Source: Scyliorhinus canicula
Lineage: Eukaryota
Direction of reading: 5' to 3'
Assembly (NCBI RefSeq): GCF_902713615.1
Contig: NC_052161.1
Location: forward strand, 126,378,678 to 126,442,677
DNA length: 64,000 nucleotides
In this document: in pieces, positions 49,591 to 61,817 of the stretch
Layout of the letters: each line of letters starts with the position of its first letter
Position numbering within the stretch: position 1 is the first letter of the stretch
Program-made: the position numbers and the translations under genes
The notes under the pieces: generated by a model
The model's database searches: none
The model's input: the letters and a program-made list of their open reading frames with translations, nothing else
Told to the model about the DNA's origin: nothing

Positions 49591-50622
49591 AGGGCGCGAT
49601 CCTACAGCCACGCCGCGCCCGAAGAGCAGCTCACCGCGGCGCAGAGTGGCTAATAAAAGCCGGGAGACCCCATTGTGGGCGGGATCGCTTTTTGGCAAAC
49701 TGCACATTAGAGCGAGACAGCTAGTCTCACTTTAATGTGCAGATTCCTGAGGTACCCGAGGCATTGGGATCCATTACCTCGGCCGAGGGATGTTCAGAAC
49801 TGGTCCTCACAAACAGGGATCAGACGGAACTGGATTTGTGGGGGTCTCCCAGGGGATTGGAGGCCCCAGGTGCACGTCCTTTGGGCAGGGTGGTCAGCAT
49901 GCAGTGCTGGTGGTTCTGAGGCCCCAAAAATTCCCAACCTCGCCCCAGTCTGAACGCAATATGGTACGGACCCCGCTATGGGGTCACTGGGGATTCCCCC
50001 TCTTCAGGCACCCCAACGCGCACTTACAGGCCCCTCCCCTTCCAGGACCCCCACCCGTCACCCCCCCCCCCCCCCCCCCCCCCACTCCCCCCTCCCAGAG
50101 GCCCCTACATTCCCGGCCTGCACACTCCCCCACACTTCGTATCCCCCCTCCGCTCTCCTTTCATGGGCATGGCCCCCTCGGGACTGGACCTCTGGCAGTG
50201 CCGTGGCACCCTTGCACTGCTACCCAGGGTGGTAGTGCCAAGATGCCAGTTTAGCAGTGCCAAGGTGCCCATGTTCTAGAGGGAAGGTCACCTGCACCGA
50301 CTCTGACCACGCAGGCGTCTCCAATGGCCCGGGAGACCCCCTGGGTACTGTTTCCCCGGTCCACCTTGTGTGGACCAGTGGTCAACGGCGCCCGGCTGTG
50401 GCCTTGCTGGGGAGGCCGGTGGATCCTGCGTAGCCAGTGGATCCCAGGTACGTTCGCCGAAGTTGGTTTAAAACCGGCTTCAGCAAGCGGCATTTGGTTA
50501 CGCCCCTCGTGGGCTGGATTCTGACTCGGACGCCTTGCGGGTCTTGGGTGTGAAGATTGCCGGGAAGCCTGTGAGAGGCCTCTCCCAGCAGCTCGAGTGA
50601 GACGCGGCTGGTGGATCGCGCC
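49591..50622. mobile_element. GC-rich non-autonomous TIR element (related copy ~54661-55490)
   Basis: Termini gggcgcgatcctacagcc ... ggctggtggatcgcgcc; TAA/ATA-like flanks. Confidence 0.6.
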
Positions 50623-50814
50623 TATAACCTGCTCCTTAAAGACAGGAGATACTTGCATTCACATAAGGTGTTTTATAATCTCTGAGAAGGATTGCATCAA
50701 CTTGCCAACACTGGAGAAAGTGCTGCTGCAAGTGAGAGCCAATTCTAACTTCTACTTTTTTTGCTCTGCCGGGATGTGAAATAATAAAATAATCGGTCTT
50801 CTATTTTCAACCAG

Positions 50815-51133
50815 ATGTGGGCTTGTGCATTGGGGCACACTGAAGCAGCTGTTGTTCTGTATAAGTGGGACCACCGAGCTCTCTCCATCCCTGATTCACT
50901 GGGTCGTTTGCCCCTGACAATTGCCCGCTCGAGAGGGCATGTGAAGCTGGCAGAGTATCTGGAAGAACTACAGAGGGAAGACGAGTCACAGCTCCCCAGC
51001 CTTCCCCAAACGCCTGGAATGGTTTGCTCTCCCATTGCAAAGTCAGGAAGCGATGGCTGGATTGGGCAGTGGAACAGTGGCAGTAACAGCAGTCAGGAAC
51101 CCCAGAAGAACGTCAGCACATCTCCTCCCACAG
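50815..51133 (+). CDS. CAMTA1: CAMTA1 exon (MWACALGH...DSLGRLPLTIARSRGHVKLAEYLE...SPPT), ankyrin repeats
   Basis: ccAG acceptor, CAG|GT donor, phase 0 to 1. Confidence 0.94.
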
Positions 51134-52826
51134 GTGCACTTTATTCATTTCGACATGTATTTAGCAACCACGACTTTGCGTGTTTGTGGTCCTGTGTCTT
51201 TTTTTCATACCAGTGAATTTTCTACGAGCTGAAGTCAGGATGTTCAGGCAGGGCAATGGAACAATGCTATTTTCAGAACAGCATGAAAACTCCCCGGGTG
51301 TGATCAACACAGATCAGACACAAATCAAATCTCCATTCATTATATCCCATGAGACACATCCAGCATGAATTAGATACGTTTCTTCTCCACTGCCCATCAA
51401 ACATGCCAGGCCAGTTGTAGCATAGGTTAAATACAGAATAAAACTCCCTCTATTCTGCCTTAACAGTGTGCCTTGATGAGTGTTCTCTCCCTATCAATAT
51501 GATATTTTTTTCATTCCCAACATGAACCGTCCTGTGATCTTGCTGAGTGATATGAAAGACAGTTTTTGCCAATTGTCCAATGTCCATTCGGGTCAAATCT
51601 TTACAACCGGCTCAGAAAGCAGAGGCTTATTTCCTGAACCGGAACTAGAATGAAACCTTTGTAATGAAACCTTAGTATAGATGGGCTTTAGAGTGGTTTC
51701 ACAGGTCGGTGCAACATCGAGGACCGAAGGGCCTGTACTGCGCTGTAATGTTCTGTGAATGACAACATGAACTCTTCTGTTTTTTCTGCAGTCTCTGGGC
51801 TATCACCCTCCTGCTTCCGAGAGAGCAGTTGCTCTGTTGCTCTCTTCCTGCCTGCCCAGGGACAAGTTTCTTCACTTTCTCGGTTCCCTCGGAAGGTGCA
51901 CCAGGTCTCCATGTGGCCCACCCCCAGGACACAGAGATTAAGATTGAGAATCTTCCCCAATCTGCCCAGCCTGGCCCAAAAGGCATCCAGACCAGGAAGA
52001 TACCAGTGTCAGTCCACGCTCTGTGGCATATTAACTGAATCTCAACTTGGGATCACAGTTGTATGAACCTCAACTGACATCCCCCAGTGAATATCCTGTT
52101 CCCTCTTAGTAAGCCCATGAGGTACACTACATGATAAAAAGGTAGCCAGGGTGAAGGAATGGAGGGCAGTCGGAGCCTTTAATCTGCACCCTAGCAACCA
52201 GTCAACGTCCCAACCTGATGAAGCACACTAATGGTGGAATTTGATCTCTGGATTGGTTTGTACACACTTATAAGGGGCCTGTGTGAGGCAGCCATCTTTG
52301 AAAGCCATACTTAGAGCTGCTATGGGTTAGGATCAGCCCTACTCTCATCAATGTCAGAACAGGCTTGAGAGCTGAATGGCCTCCTCATGTTCTTCTGTTC
52401 CCATGGTTTCCATTTGTCAAGAATTCAATGTAGGTTATAATTGATATCCTTTCTCTTTATGCTTTCCCTCAATTCATAATTCCCCATTCCATATATATGA
52501 TTCATATACAATAATTAGAAAATTTAGCCATAGCAACAGTAATGTTCTTAAACTAATCACCTGAAATACACTTCTTGATAGGGTGGAGGAAGCAGATTCA
52601 GTAATAACTTTCAAAAAGAAACTAGATAAATACATAAAGGGAAAACATTTCCTGGAATATGAGGAAAGAGCAGGGAGCTAGAACTAATTGGATAGTTCTT
52701 TCATGGTGGACTGAATGGCCTTCATCTGTGCTGTATGATTCAGTAGTTCTACCTGTCGCATTTTTGAGACGTCGCTAAAAAATACAGTATGAGGTAAATA
52801 AACACAGGACTTCTTTATTGTACCAG

Positions 52827-53359
52827 ATCTCAGACGGCCGAGATCGGAATCCCTGCAGTGCCACGGAAATGACAGTCAGAGGGACCTCCCAGCTTCCAAG
52901 AAACACAAGCTAAACACAGAACACTTCCACGCCAGGCAAGGCAAATCATCTCCCCCGCCACTGGAGCAGAAAATCACCACCAAACTGAGCTCCAGCCCGA
53001 AGCAACCACCCCCTGATCCAATTGATTCCAAAATGGAGAGGAAGAGTCCCAGGGAATCGTCCCAACATACCTCAGAATTCCCTCTGCCCCTCACTTCCGG
53101 ATGCAGGAATGTCGGGAACCAGACGAGTCCAAAGTGGAGCCAGAAGGAGATTTATGTCAGTGTGGCAGCACAGACGACGACAGGGCAGCCTGTGGTTATA
53201 AGGAAGGTCTCAGGTCTCAACGCCGGGTCCATTGCTCACAGGATACAACAGAATCAGGACATCAGTGTTCTAATGTTATCAGAGAGGGAGATGGTAGATG
53301 CAGAATTGCTATCGTACAAGGAGAATGAGGAGTGTTTCCAACATATGGATGATTTGCAG
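52827..53359 (+). CDS. CAMTA1: CAMTA1 exon ((D)LRRPRSE...KKHKLN...ENEECFQHMDDLQ)
   Basis: taccAG acceptor, CAG|GTGAGA donor, phase 1 to 0, open frame throughout. Confidence 0.92.
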
Positions 53360-53648
53360 GTGAGAGATGCAGAATAAGGGACCTTCGACAAGTGGTTATC
53401 CAATTTATTCTTGAATTTTCTTGCGCACATCTTTTCCCAAGAAAAGTTTACTCTAGCTGTGGGTGCCTGGAGCCCTTACTGGAGCCGCTTGTTAGCAGAG
53501 TGGGCTAGAATCTCTCAGGCACTGGCCTGAGCCAGGTTGGCTGATTTCAGCTGGGCCAGCCATTGTTGGGAGTCCTAATTAGTGGCTGAGCCCAGGAAAA
53601 GCAGCCAGCCCTCCAGCTCCTGATTCCCTCCCAGCCACACCTGCTGGA

Positions 53649-53682
<34 letters not shown>

Positions 53683-54093
53683 ATGACAGGATCAGACCGA
53701 ACAATAATCCTATTGTTTGGCTGGTAAGTGAAGAATGGCCATTCATTCGAAGGAATCATCCAAAAGCATGAGTCAGCACTCTCTGGAGAAAATGGAGTGT
53801 GTGGGTTACATGCTATTCTGTGATGAATAAACAACTGCATTTGCTAGTGGCCTATTTTTATACTGTAGAAATTAGGTCACATGATTCAGTGTATCATCAA
53901 ATATAACATTGATCAGCAATATTTTTGAAAGCGACGTTCGCCGGAAGAACGTTCAGAAAGGTTCTTCAACAATTGAGTTGCTAATACCAACTTCCCTTGC
54001 TGGTCTTACTTCCAAAGCCCTCAATTCAAACTTTAAAACTATGGTGTTAGGAGAACAAACGATAATATACTTAATGTTCTTTTGCTTCTGCAG

Positions 54094-54281
54094 GCTAATA
54101 TGATGTCCTTGGCTGAACAGATCATCGAAGCAACACCAGACAGGATCAAACGGGAAAATTTCATCCCGATGGAATTTTCATTGTCTGAGCGAGGGGACAT
54201 CCCCAGTGTGAACACCACTTTGAGCTGGTTGGCCAGTTACCTGGCAGATGTGGACCATTTACCCAGCTTATCACAGCTTCG
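54094..54281 (+). CDS. CAMTA1: CAMTA1 exon (ANMMSLAEQIIEATPDRIKRENF...LSWLASYLADVD...QLR)
   Basis: ctgcAG acceptor, CG|GTCAGT donor, phase 0 to 2. Confidence 0.94.
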
Positions 54282-56553
54282 GTCAGTAGCGCAGGAAACC
54301 GCCTGTTATCATTAATGAACCTGGGCGAAAGTCCATTTTGCAAGAAATCAATAAAAATTTAAAGAACGGGAGGAAACATGAGATGACTCGAGAAACAATA
54401 ATTAGGTGATTGTCAGGTTCAGGTAATTGACTGTAGGAGGCAGAGGAGACAGAGGGGCGTGAGCTGAGCTCCACAGGTTTCAGATCCGGGGACAAAATAG
54501 GTTAAGAGTTGGAGATGAAACGGCGATGAGCATTGATTTCCACACTGAACCTGTGAGGTAGAAGGAAGAGCGGATGGAACAAGAGAGGAGGGTTGAGGGC
54601 TTGGTAGAGAGTGGTAGCACCACTCAGTTTCCAGCTGCAGGGTTGCTCTTTATTAACGATGGGCGCGATTCAGCAGACTCTAGTTAAAGTCCGCTGAACG
54701 GTGCATGTAGTGGGACGTTGCTGCTGTGCTGAGAAAGATCCCGCTATCCAACGGCACTTTGCCATTTTGTTTTGGCCTCGGGGAGTTTTACCCCACCGAG
54801 GCCCCAGTTAGAGGGATTTCCTGATGGCGAGCCGAAGGTCATCAGCAGGAAAGGCTCCTCACATATCGGGGTGCCATTTTGTCCAGTAGTCCAATCTCAC
54901 TGCCTCCCCCTGCTCTGAACCTTGGGGAGACTCCCAGGAAATCCACCTCATTCCCCCCCCCCCCCCCCCCGAATCTTGGGGAGACTCCCAGGAAATCCAC
55001 CTCATTTCCCCCCCCCCCCCCCCCCCCCCCCCCCGAACCTTGGGAAGACACCCAGGAAATCCCCCTCATTCCCAGCTCCCAAACCTTGGAAAGACACCCA
55101 GGAAACCCCCCCTCATCACCCCCCCGTCCCCATCGAGCCCAACCCCTGGCAATGCCAACCTGACACCCGGGCACCTGGTAGTTCCAGACTGGCACCCTAG
55201 CAGTGCCACCAGGCACCCTGACAGGGTGCTAGATTGGCAGGGCCAAGGTGCCAGTGGGTATGCCAGGGTGCTGCCATGTGTAGTCTCTGATCATCCAGGG
55301 GCCTCCAGTGACCCTGGAGACCCCCCAACCCGGGTGCCATTACGACTGGTCCCCTTTAACTAGTATTTAAATTATACTTATTTAAATATTCGGATCTGGA
55401 TCTCACCCAGCGAAGGCACGATCCAGATCGCGCCCGCGGAGCGAGGGTTTGCACCCGGCGTGCAGCCCGATTTGGAGCTCGCACTGCAGATGTGACTTAC
55501 CTCAGCCACTCAGAAAACACTCAAGAAGAAATAGATGTGCATTTGTATAGCGCCTTTACCATTGTCAGGGTATCCTGACATGCTTTACAATCAATTGCGT
55601 TCTTTCGAAGTGTAGTTACTGTTGTAATGTGGGTCAATGCAGTGCACCCTGTAAGAACAATGGTCAGGCCATTTTAGTTGTCGGCAGTGTTGCTGGGTTA
55701 TGGAAGGGGAAAATCAGACAGATTTTCCTCCCTGATCTCTAACTTCCCGACAGCATGTGCCCACTGGTTAAAGGAAGGAGCCAGCTCAGTTGACTATCCG
55801 GTATTAAGATATATACTTTGTTGACAAATATATTAAAGAGGTCCTCCTCTCCATTATCAACACTGTCTACTTCCACCACCACAGGGTTGTCCTTCCCTTG
55901 CCTCGATACATCTCCTTGCTCGACTATTCCAATGTTCTCCTGACCAGCCTCCTATCTTCTACCCTCCATAAACCTCAGCTTTTCCAGAACCCTGCTGCCA
56001 ATATCTGAATTTGCACCAAGTCCCATTGACCTATCTATCGCCCCTGTGCCCGCTGACCTGCATTGGCCCCCAGTCCAGGCACATCTCGAGTTTAAAGTTG
56101 CGATCAAGTCCCTCTGTAGTCTTGGCCTTACCTACTTTTGGAATCACTCCCAACCCCACAACTCTCAAAAATCTCTACACCCTTCTAATTCTGGCCTCCC
56201 CATTTTTCTCCATCCACCAGTGCCTTCAACCGTCAAGGAGGAGGCAGTTCTGGAATTCCGCCCCTTAACATTTCCACCTCTCGCTCCTATTTTAAGGTGC
56301 TCCTTTTAAACTTGCCTCTTTGAGCAGATTTTCATCTGTCCTAATATCTCCTTATGTGGCTTGGTGGCAAATGGTGTCTGAAGGGATGTTTCGCTGTGTT
56401 GAAGGTGCTATATTAGTGCAGGTTGGCGTTGATGAACTGGTTCTTGGTTGAAACTGCTGCTCTCAGTTGATATGAAAACCAGTCACGAGGTGATAGATAC
56501 CTTCTGCATTCACAATGTTGCTTATCACCTTTACCTCTGCTTTTACCTTCTAG

Positions 56554-56800
56554 GTCTTTGTACAGTGAGCCGCTGACCCCTCCCTCTAATGCAAGCCAAA
56601 GCCCCGCCTTGTCACCAAACAACGAGGTTAATTTTGAGAAACCCACTCTCCCGTCAGCAGCCGATTGGTCTGAGTTCCTGAGCGCGTCGACCAGCGAAAA
56701 GATGGAGAACGAATTTGCCCAGCTGACCTTGTCAGATCACGAGCAGAGAGAGCTGTACGAGGCTGCCAAGTTGGTGCAAACCGCCTTCCGGAAATACAAG
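56554..56800 (+). CDS. CAMTA1: CAMTA1 exon (SLYSEPLTP...AADWSEFLSAS...LTLSDHEQRELYEAAKLVQTAFRKYK), first IQ-like motif
   Basis: ttctAG acceptor, AAG|GTTAGA donor, phase 2 to 0. Confidence 0.95.
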
Positions 56801-57597
56801 GTTAGAGGCGCTGTCCTCACATAGGATCAGCATGTGAGTTGCAGCGTACAAACTTGTCATGTCTCCATGTGTCAACTTGTGTCAGCCGTGGCTCAGGGGG
56901 TAGCATCCTCACCTTTGAGTCAGTAGATCATGGGTTCAAGTACCGCTGAGCATGTAGTCCAGGTCAACCCTCCCAGTGTCTGCACTAAGGGGTGGGCTGC
57001 ACTGTTGGAGGTACTGTCTTCCAGATTTTGTTAAAATAGGCCCTGTCTTCCTTCTCAGGTGGGCATTAAAGATCCCGGAACACCACTTTTTAAAAAGAGC
57101 AAGGTAGTTCTCTCTAGTGTCCTGACCCCAATATTTGTCTCTCAACCATCTCTGAGTAAACCAGGTTATCCAGCTATTATCACATTGCAGTTTGTGGAAC
57201 CCTACTGAGCACAAATTGGCTCCTGTGTCTCATTCGTCGCAAAAAGTTCCTTTTCTGGGTTTCAAGGTTTTTTTTCTGGGTTTGAAGGGTTCAGTGAGTC
57301 ATATCAGCCGCGTGTGCGTTTTATACCCATTGCCTAGTAACCAGCACTGGTAAGTGTGTGCGGGTTGTCATTGGCTGAGGTACAGCAGTTGGCTAATTTG
57401 TGATGCTCTCCATGCTAAAACTGCAGTTGAGAGACAAATGGAGACAAGGCGGGTGTACTGGAAGGTATCTCATGCCCGTGGAACTCCTGACAGGAAAATG
57501 GTGGGGAGAAAGATTGTCTCAAAAATATAAATAACAGGAGATATTGTTATACAAAAATGGCAGATGGGTCAGAAAACAGAGAATGTGGATTTAAGGT

Positions 57598-57810
57598 TTT
57601 TTAAAATAAATTTAGAGTACCCAATTATTATTTTTTCAAGTAAGGGCCAATTTAGACTGCTGGCTACCCTGCACATCTTTGGGTTCGGGGGGTGAGACCC
57701 ACGCAGACAAGGGGAAAATGTGTATTCTCCACACGGACAGTGACCGGGGGCCGGGATCGAACCCGGGTCATCAGCGCAGTGAGGCAGCAGTGCTAACCAC
57801 CGTGCCGTCC
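57598..57810 (-). mobile_element. V-domain-type SINE inserted in a CR1 fragment (~57555-58080)
   Basis: 16-bp TSD aatgt(g/c)gatt(t/c)aaggt at 57582-57597 and 57811-57826. Confidence 0.8.
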
Positions 57811-58133
57811 AATGTCGATTCAAGGTGATTGGCAAAAGGTGACAGGTGAAAACAAAATCTTTTTTACACAGGGAGATGGTGTGATCTGGAATGCACTGCC
57901 TGAAAGGGTGGGAGAAACAGATTTCAAAGGCGAATTAGATACATTTTTGATGGGAAACATATTACAGGGCTATGGGGAAAGAGTAGCAGAATGGGACTAA
58001 TTCAATAGCTCTACCAAAGAGCTGGCACAGGTCGGAGAGGGAGAATGCCTTCCCTCTTTGCTGTATCAGTCTATGATTCTGAAAAGAAGTGTGGGAAAGT
58101 GGGTTGTTAATATCATGTTTTCCATTTTTTTAG

Positions 58134-58205
58134 GGACGTCCTTTCAGGGAACAACAGGAAATGGCCGCTGCTGTCATTCAGCGGTGCTATAGAAAATATA
58201 AACAG
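58134..58205 (+). CDS. CAMTA1: CAMTA1 exon (GRPFREQQEMAAAVIQRCYRKYKQ), IQ motif
   Basis: ttttttAG acceptor, CAG|GTAAAA donor, 72 nt, phase 0-0; absent from the ORF track. Confidence 0.95.
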
Positions 58206-60473
58206 GTAAAAATTAAATGTGATTTTTGGCATGTTGTGGTGGGGAGCACCCATGGGGCAACATGGACAATCCACCCGTCTGAGCTCAGTTAGCTGCAGTG
58301 GGCATGAATGTCACTGAGTTAGTGGGAGAGGAAATATCAGTCAGGGTTCCCACCCAGCTGAGGGCAGGATCGAACCTGGCCACGATGCCCCTCACAGTGG
58401 GCGTAGCTTGTCAACAATCGACTTAATATACGGCCACCCAGGTGGGGTTGATGGTGGGTCACTGCAGTGTCTGTAAAATCCAACGTTAGCAAGGAAGTAA
58501 CGCCTCCAGGAGTATGGGGGCAATGGGGAGAAACCTTATTGGAGAAAGGGGCGAAACATGCCAAAATAAATCAGATTGACACTTGCCAAGTGTTGCGCTA
58601 GGAGATTCCACAGTTGCTGATTCTAGTAACTGGTAGATTTGGCACTCAGATTTGGGGCATTAACCCTTTGTTTAGAACCAAGGTACTGTTTGGAAATTGG
58701 CTGGACTTCAATTTACAGTATTTTTTTCTGACAGTGAGAAAACCCTTGAAGAAGACAAGGTGAATCAGGCAGTAACAGTGGCTGGCTAACCTCAACCTTT
58801 GGGCCACAGAGCCTATGCCATGGCATGCACGGGAGGAAAGAGGGAGGGAGAGACGAGGAGTTCTACAGATTACGTCCTGGGAAAGGAGAAGTTGTGTAGC
58901 AGACACTGAAACTTGTCTCGCTTTCGATACACTGAGCTTGTGGGGCAGAGTGTGTGCAGTTTTGGAAACAAAAGAACAGAATTCAGAAGAAAAATTAGCC
59001 TAGCCGCATTGATAAAACTGAAAATCAAAGCATTTGCAACACAGGGAGGTGGTTGGCTCAAAGTGATTTTAATTTTTTTTCGTGAGGGACTAAAAGATAT
59101 GACATTGATGCTCATCCACTGACGCACGGTTCTACATCACAGAGCGTCTCCAGACTTGCTAACCCATCTGGCCCTCAGTAACTGCTTGCACCACAACGGG
59201 GGTTTACTGTCACACTTCACTGAACATGTCACATTGCATCTCTTTGGGTATCTTGAGAGCTCATCTGCTCTGCAATGAGGACCACGTCAATAAATCCAGC
59301 TCCAAACAAGCACAAACTCAAGGCCGAGACCAATCAGTTTTTCCTGTTCCAGTGCAGTCAGAAACTCTGGACACTCACGCACACCGGGGGGCAGGACCTA
59401 CACCACATCTTCCATTGGAAGGGATGAAAGAAGTCTCGCTTTTATGTCTCCCTGCCCAAGCTATATGTTTGGCCCATTATTCCATGTGCCCTGCAATAGT
59501 TCACCTGTTGTCCAAGGATGATCCTAGTGAACATTGCAGGGATGATGCAGTTGATTAGACTCTGTATGTTCAATCTCACAAATGTGGCTTCAAATCCAAG
59601 TTAACGGGATGATGCTCTTTGGCTGTAAGCTGAGATGAGTTGGACAGAATCAGTCCAGCTCCCATGCATACAACTGCCCTCCAACTGGTGTAAAATTGGG
59701 AGGTTAGTGGCGGGTGATCTACAATACATTGGTGCTGAGGCACATTGTTGGGGCAAAGGCAGAGGGAACTATTACCCTGCATTTAACCTGGCTGGTTTAG
59801 CATAGAGCTAAATAGCTGACTTGCAATGCAGAACAATGCATTATATACCTATCTCCTTGGGCAGAAATCTCAGGGGAGCTAGTGGAACGCTGGTTTTACA
59901 CTCCATCCAATAATGGCTTCGGCCAGAGAGTAAAATTGGGCAGGTGTGTAATGTTCCCCAATCCAGTCAGTTCAATATGTTTGGGTTTGTCAGGGGAGGG
60001 AAATTGAAGGTGATGGAACCAAGTTGGACCAGCCATAATCTAACTGAATGACAGGACAAGCCTGAGGGATGAATGGTCTTGTCCTCTTATATGATATCTG
60101 ACAAAGGGATGGTGAATTGGGACACGGCTTCAGAACTGCTTAAGAGTTAAAAATTGCCCTCCGCAGATCCATGTTCCTCCCTAATTCCTGCCGCCTCTCG
60201 AGCATCCCCTCCTCGCTTCTCTTCCCTTCAGGCACTCCTTAAAACCAACTTCTTTGAGTTTCTGGTCACTCTTTACTAATCATTCTTTCTTTGGTTCAGC
60301 ATTTCTGTCTGATAATGCCCCCGGGCCGTATTTTTGGGACATTTTTCTAAGTTAAAGGCGTTGTATAGATGCAGCTTGCTGCTATTGTGTTGCGACCCGA
60401 TTAGGGCAAGCTCCCCTCTTGGAGTCTTTTTTTTCTCTCTGGTACTAATGCTCTGTTGTATTCACTTTGCAAG

Positions 60474-60494
60474 CTTACATGGATAGCCTTGAAG
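60474..60494 (+). CDS. CAMTA1: CAMTA1 21-nt microexon (LTWIALK)
   Basis: tttgcaAG|CTTACATGGATAGCCTTGAAG|GTAATG, phase 0-0; peptide matches the LTWIALK insert known in vertebrate CAMTA IQ regions. Confidence 0.88.
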
Positions 60495-61314
60495 GTAATG
60501 CAGTTACACAAATGGAATTTTAATCTCATTCATTGTGCACTGCTGTTATATTCAGCAATTGTTTTGTAGGTCAGTAAGCGACCAAGCATTATAAAGTGGC
60601 ATTTAGGAACAAGCTTGTTTCGCTATTTTGTAATGACGCTTTTAAATTGTGAACACCATATTGAGATCTCTGAAGGCAGTGGCGTTTGGGTTGCTGCGTG
60701 CTGGCTCCATATGCCAAGTAGAATCCTTCCAATCAAGTCAAAATGTTCCATCTGAATGATAATTAAAACCAGATTAAGCAATTTAATTTTGTGTGAGCCC
60801 TTCTCACGTTTCTTTATAAGGTGCAGGGGAGTTTTATTAAAGTGGTACTGGGAATGTGGGACTTCAATTATTGGAGAAGATTAACTTGTTCTCTTTAGAA
60901 CAGAGAAGGTTAAGGATAGATTTAAACAAAGCACTCAAAATTATAAACGTACATATATGTCACAGGAACAGGCCCAACTGATGTTTATACTCCACTCAAA
61001 CCTCCTCCTGACCTACTTCGTCTTACTCTATCAGCATAATTATTGTGCTGCTGTGGAAGAAATAAGCAGAAATTGTCTTTCCCGTCACTCCTTGAGCCCT
61101 GTGCTTCCAAATATGTAGAGTCGAGTTTCACTGACCTTGGGCACTGTGTGCGGATGCACTGCTAATCCAGCCATCTTCTCTGTGGATTCACAGCAAATCC
61201 TTCCCGTTTACTGAAGCCTTCAGACACCGCGGGGCTTTGTGAACGGGTGTGGTACAGAGTGAGAAAGAAAGCCTGTGACGTGCCTGCCCTCACATCATCA
61301 TAGAATGATGCAGT

Positions 61315-61817
61315 GGGCGGCACGGTAGCACAGTGGTTAGCACTGTTGCTTCACAGCGCCAGGGTCCCAGGTTTGATTCCCGGCTTGGGTCACCGTCTGT
61401 GCAGAGTTTGCACGTTCTCCCCATGTCATTAGGGGCTGGTTTAGCTCACTCGGCTAAATCGCTGGCTTTTAAAGCAGACCAAGCAGGCCAGCAGCGTGGG
61501 TTCAATTCCCGTACCAGCCTCCCCGGACAGGCGCCGGAATGTGGCGACTAGGGGATTTTCACAGTAACTTCATTGAAGCCTACTCATGACGATAAGCGAT
61601 TTTCATTTCATTTCATTTTCATGTCTGCGTGGGTTTCCTCCGGGTGCTCCGGTTTCCTCCCACAAGTCCCGAAAGACGAGCTGTTAGGTAATTTGGACAT
61701 TCTGAATTCTCCCTCTGTGTATCCGAACAGGTGCCAGAACGTGGCGACGAGGGGCTTTTGACAGTGACTTCATTGCAGTGTTAAAATAAGCCTACTTGTG
61801 ACAATAAAGATTATATA
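61315..61817 (+). mobile_element. V-domain-type SINE with a short tRNA-SINE (61432-61620) nested inside
   Basis: Host SINE is interrupted at ctcccc|atgtctgcgtgg; catgtc duplicated at 61422-61427 and 61620-61625. Confidence 0.85.

Noticed and set aside
44930-60494. CAMTA2 assignment
   Set aside because: SKHLIHSKTFRGMT, ATLIQTLIKWR, KHADSIDLELEVDPL and LRRPRSE match CAMTA1 as I recall it. Paralogy still needs synteny or phylogeny, because shark paralogues evolve slowly.
61432-61522. Functional tRNA genes at SINE heads (also 1342, 21861, 62103 and the V-type SINE heads)
   Set aside because: No canonical 7-nt anticodon loop; each is fused to a SINE body and tail.
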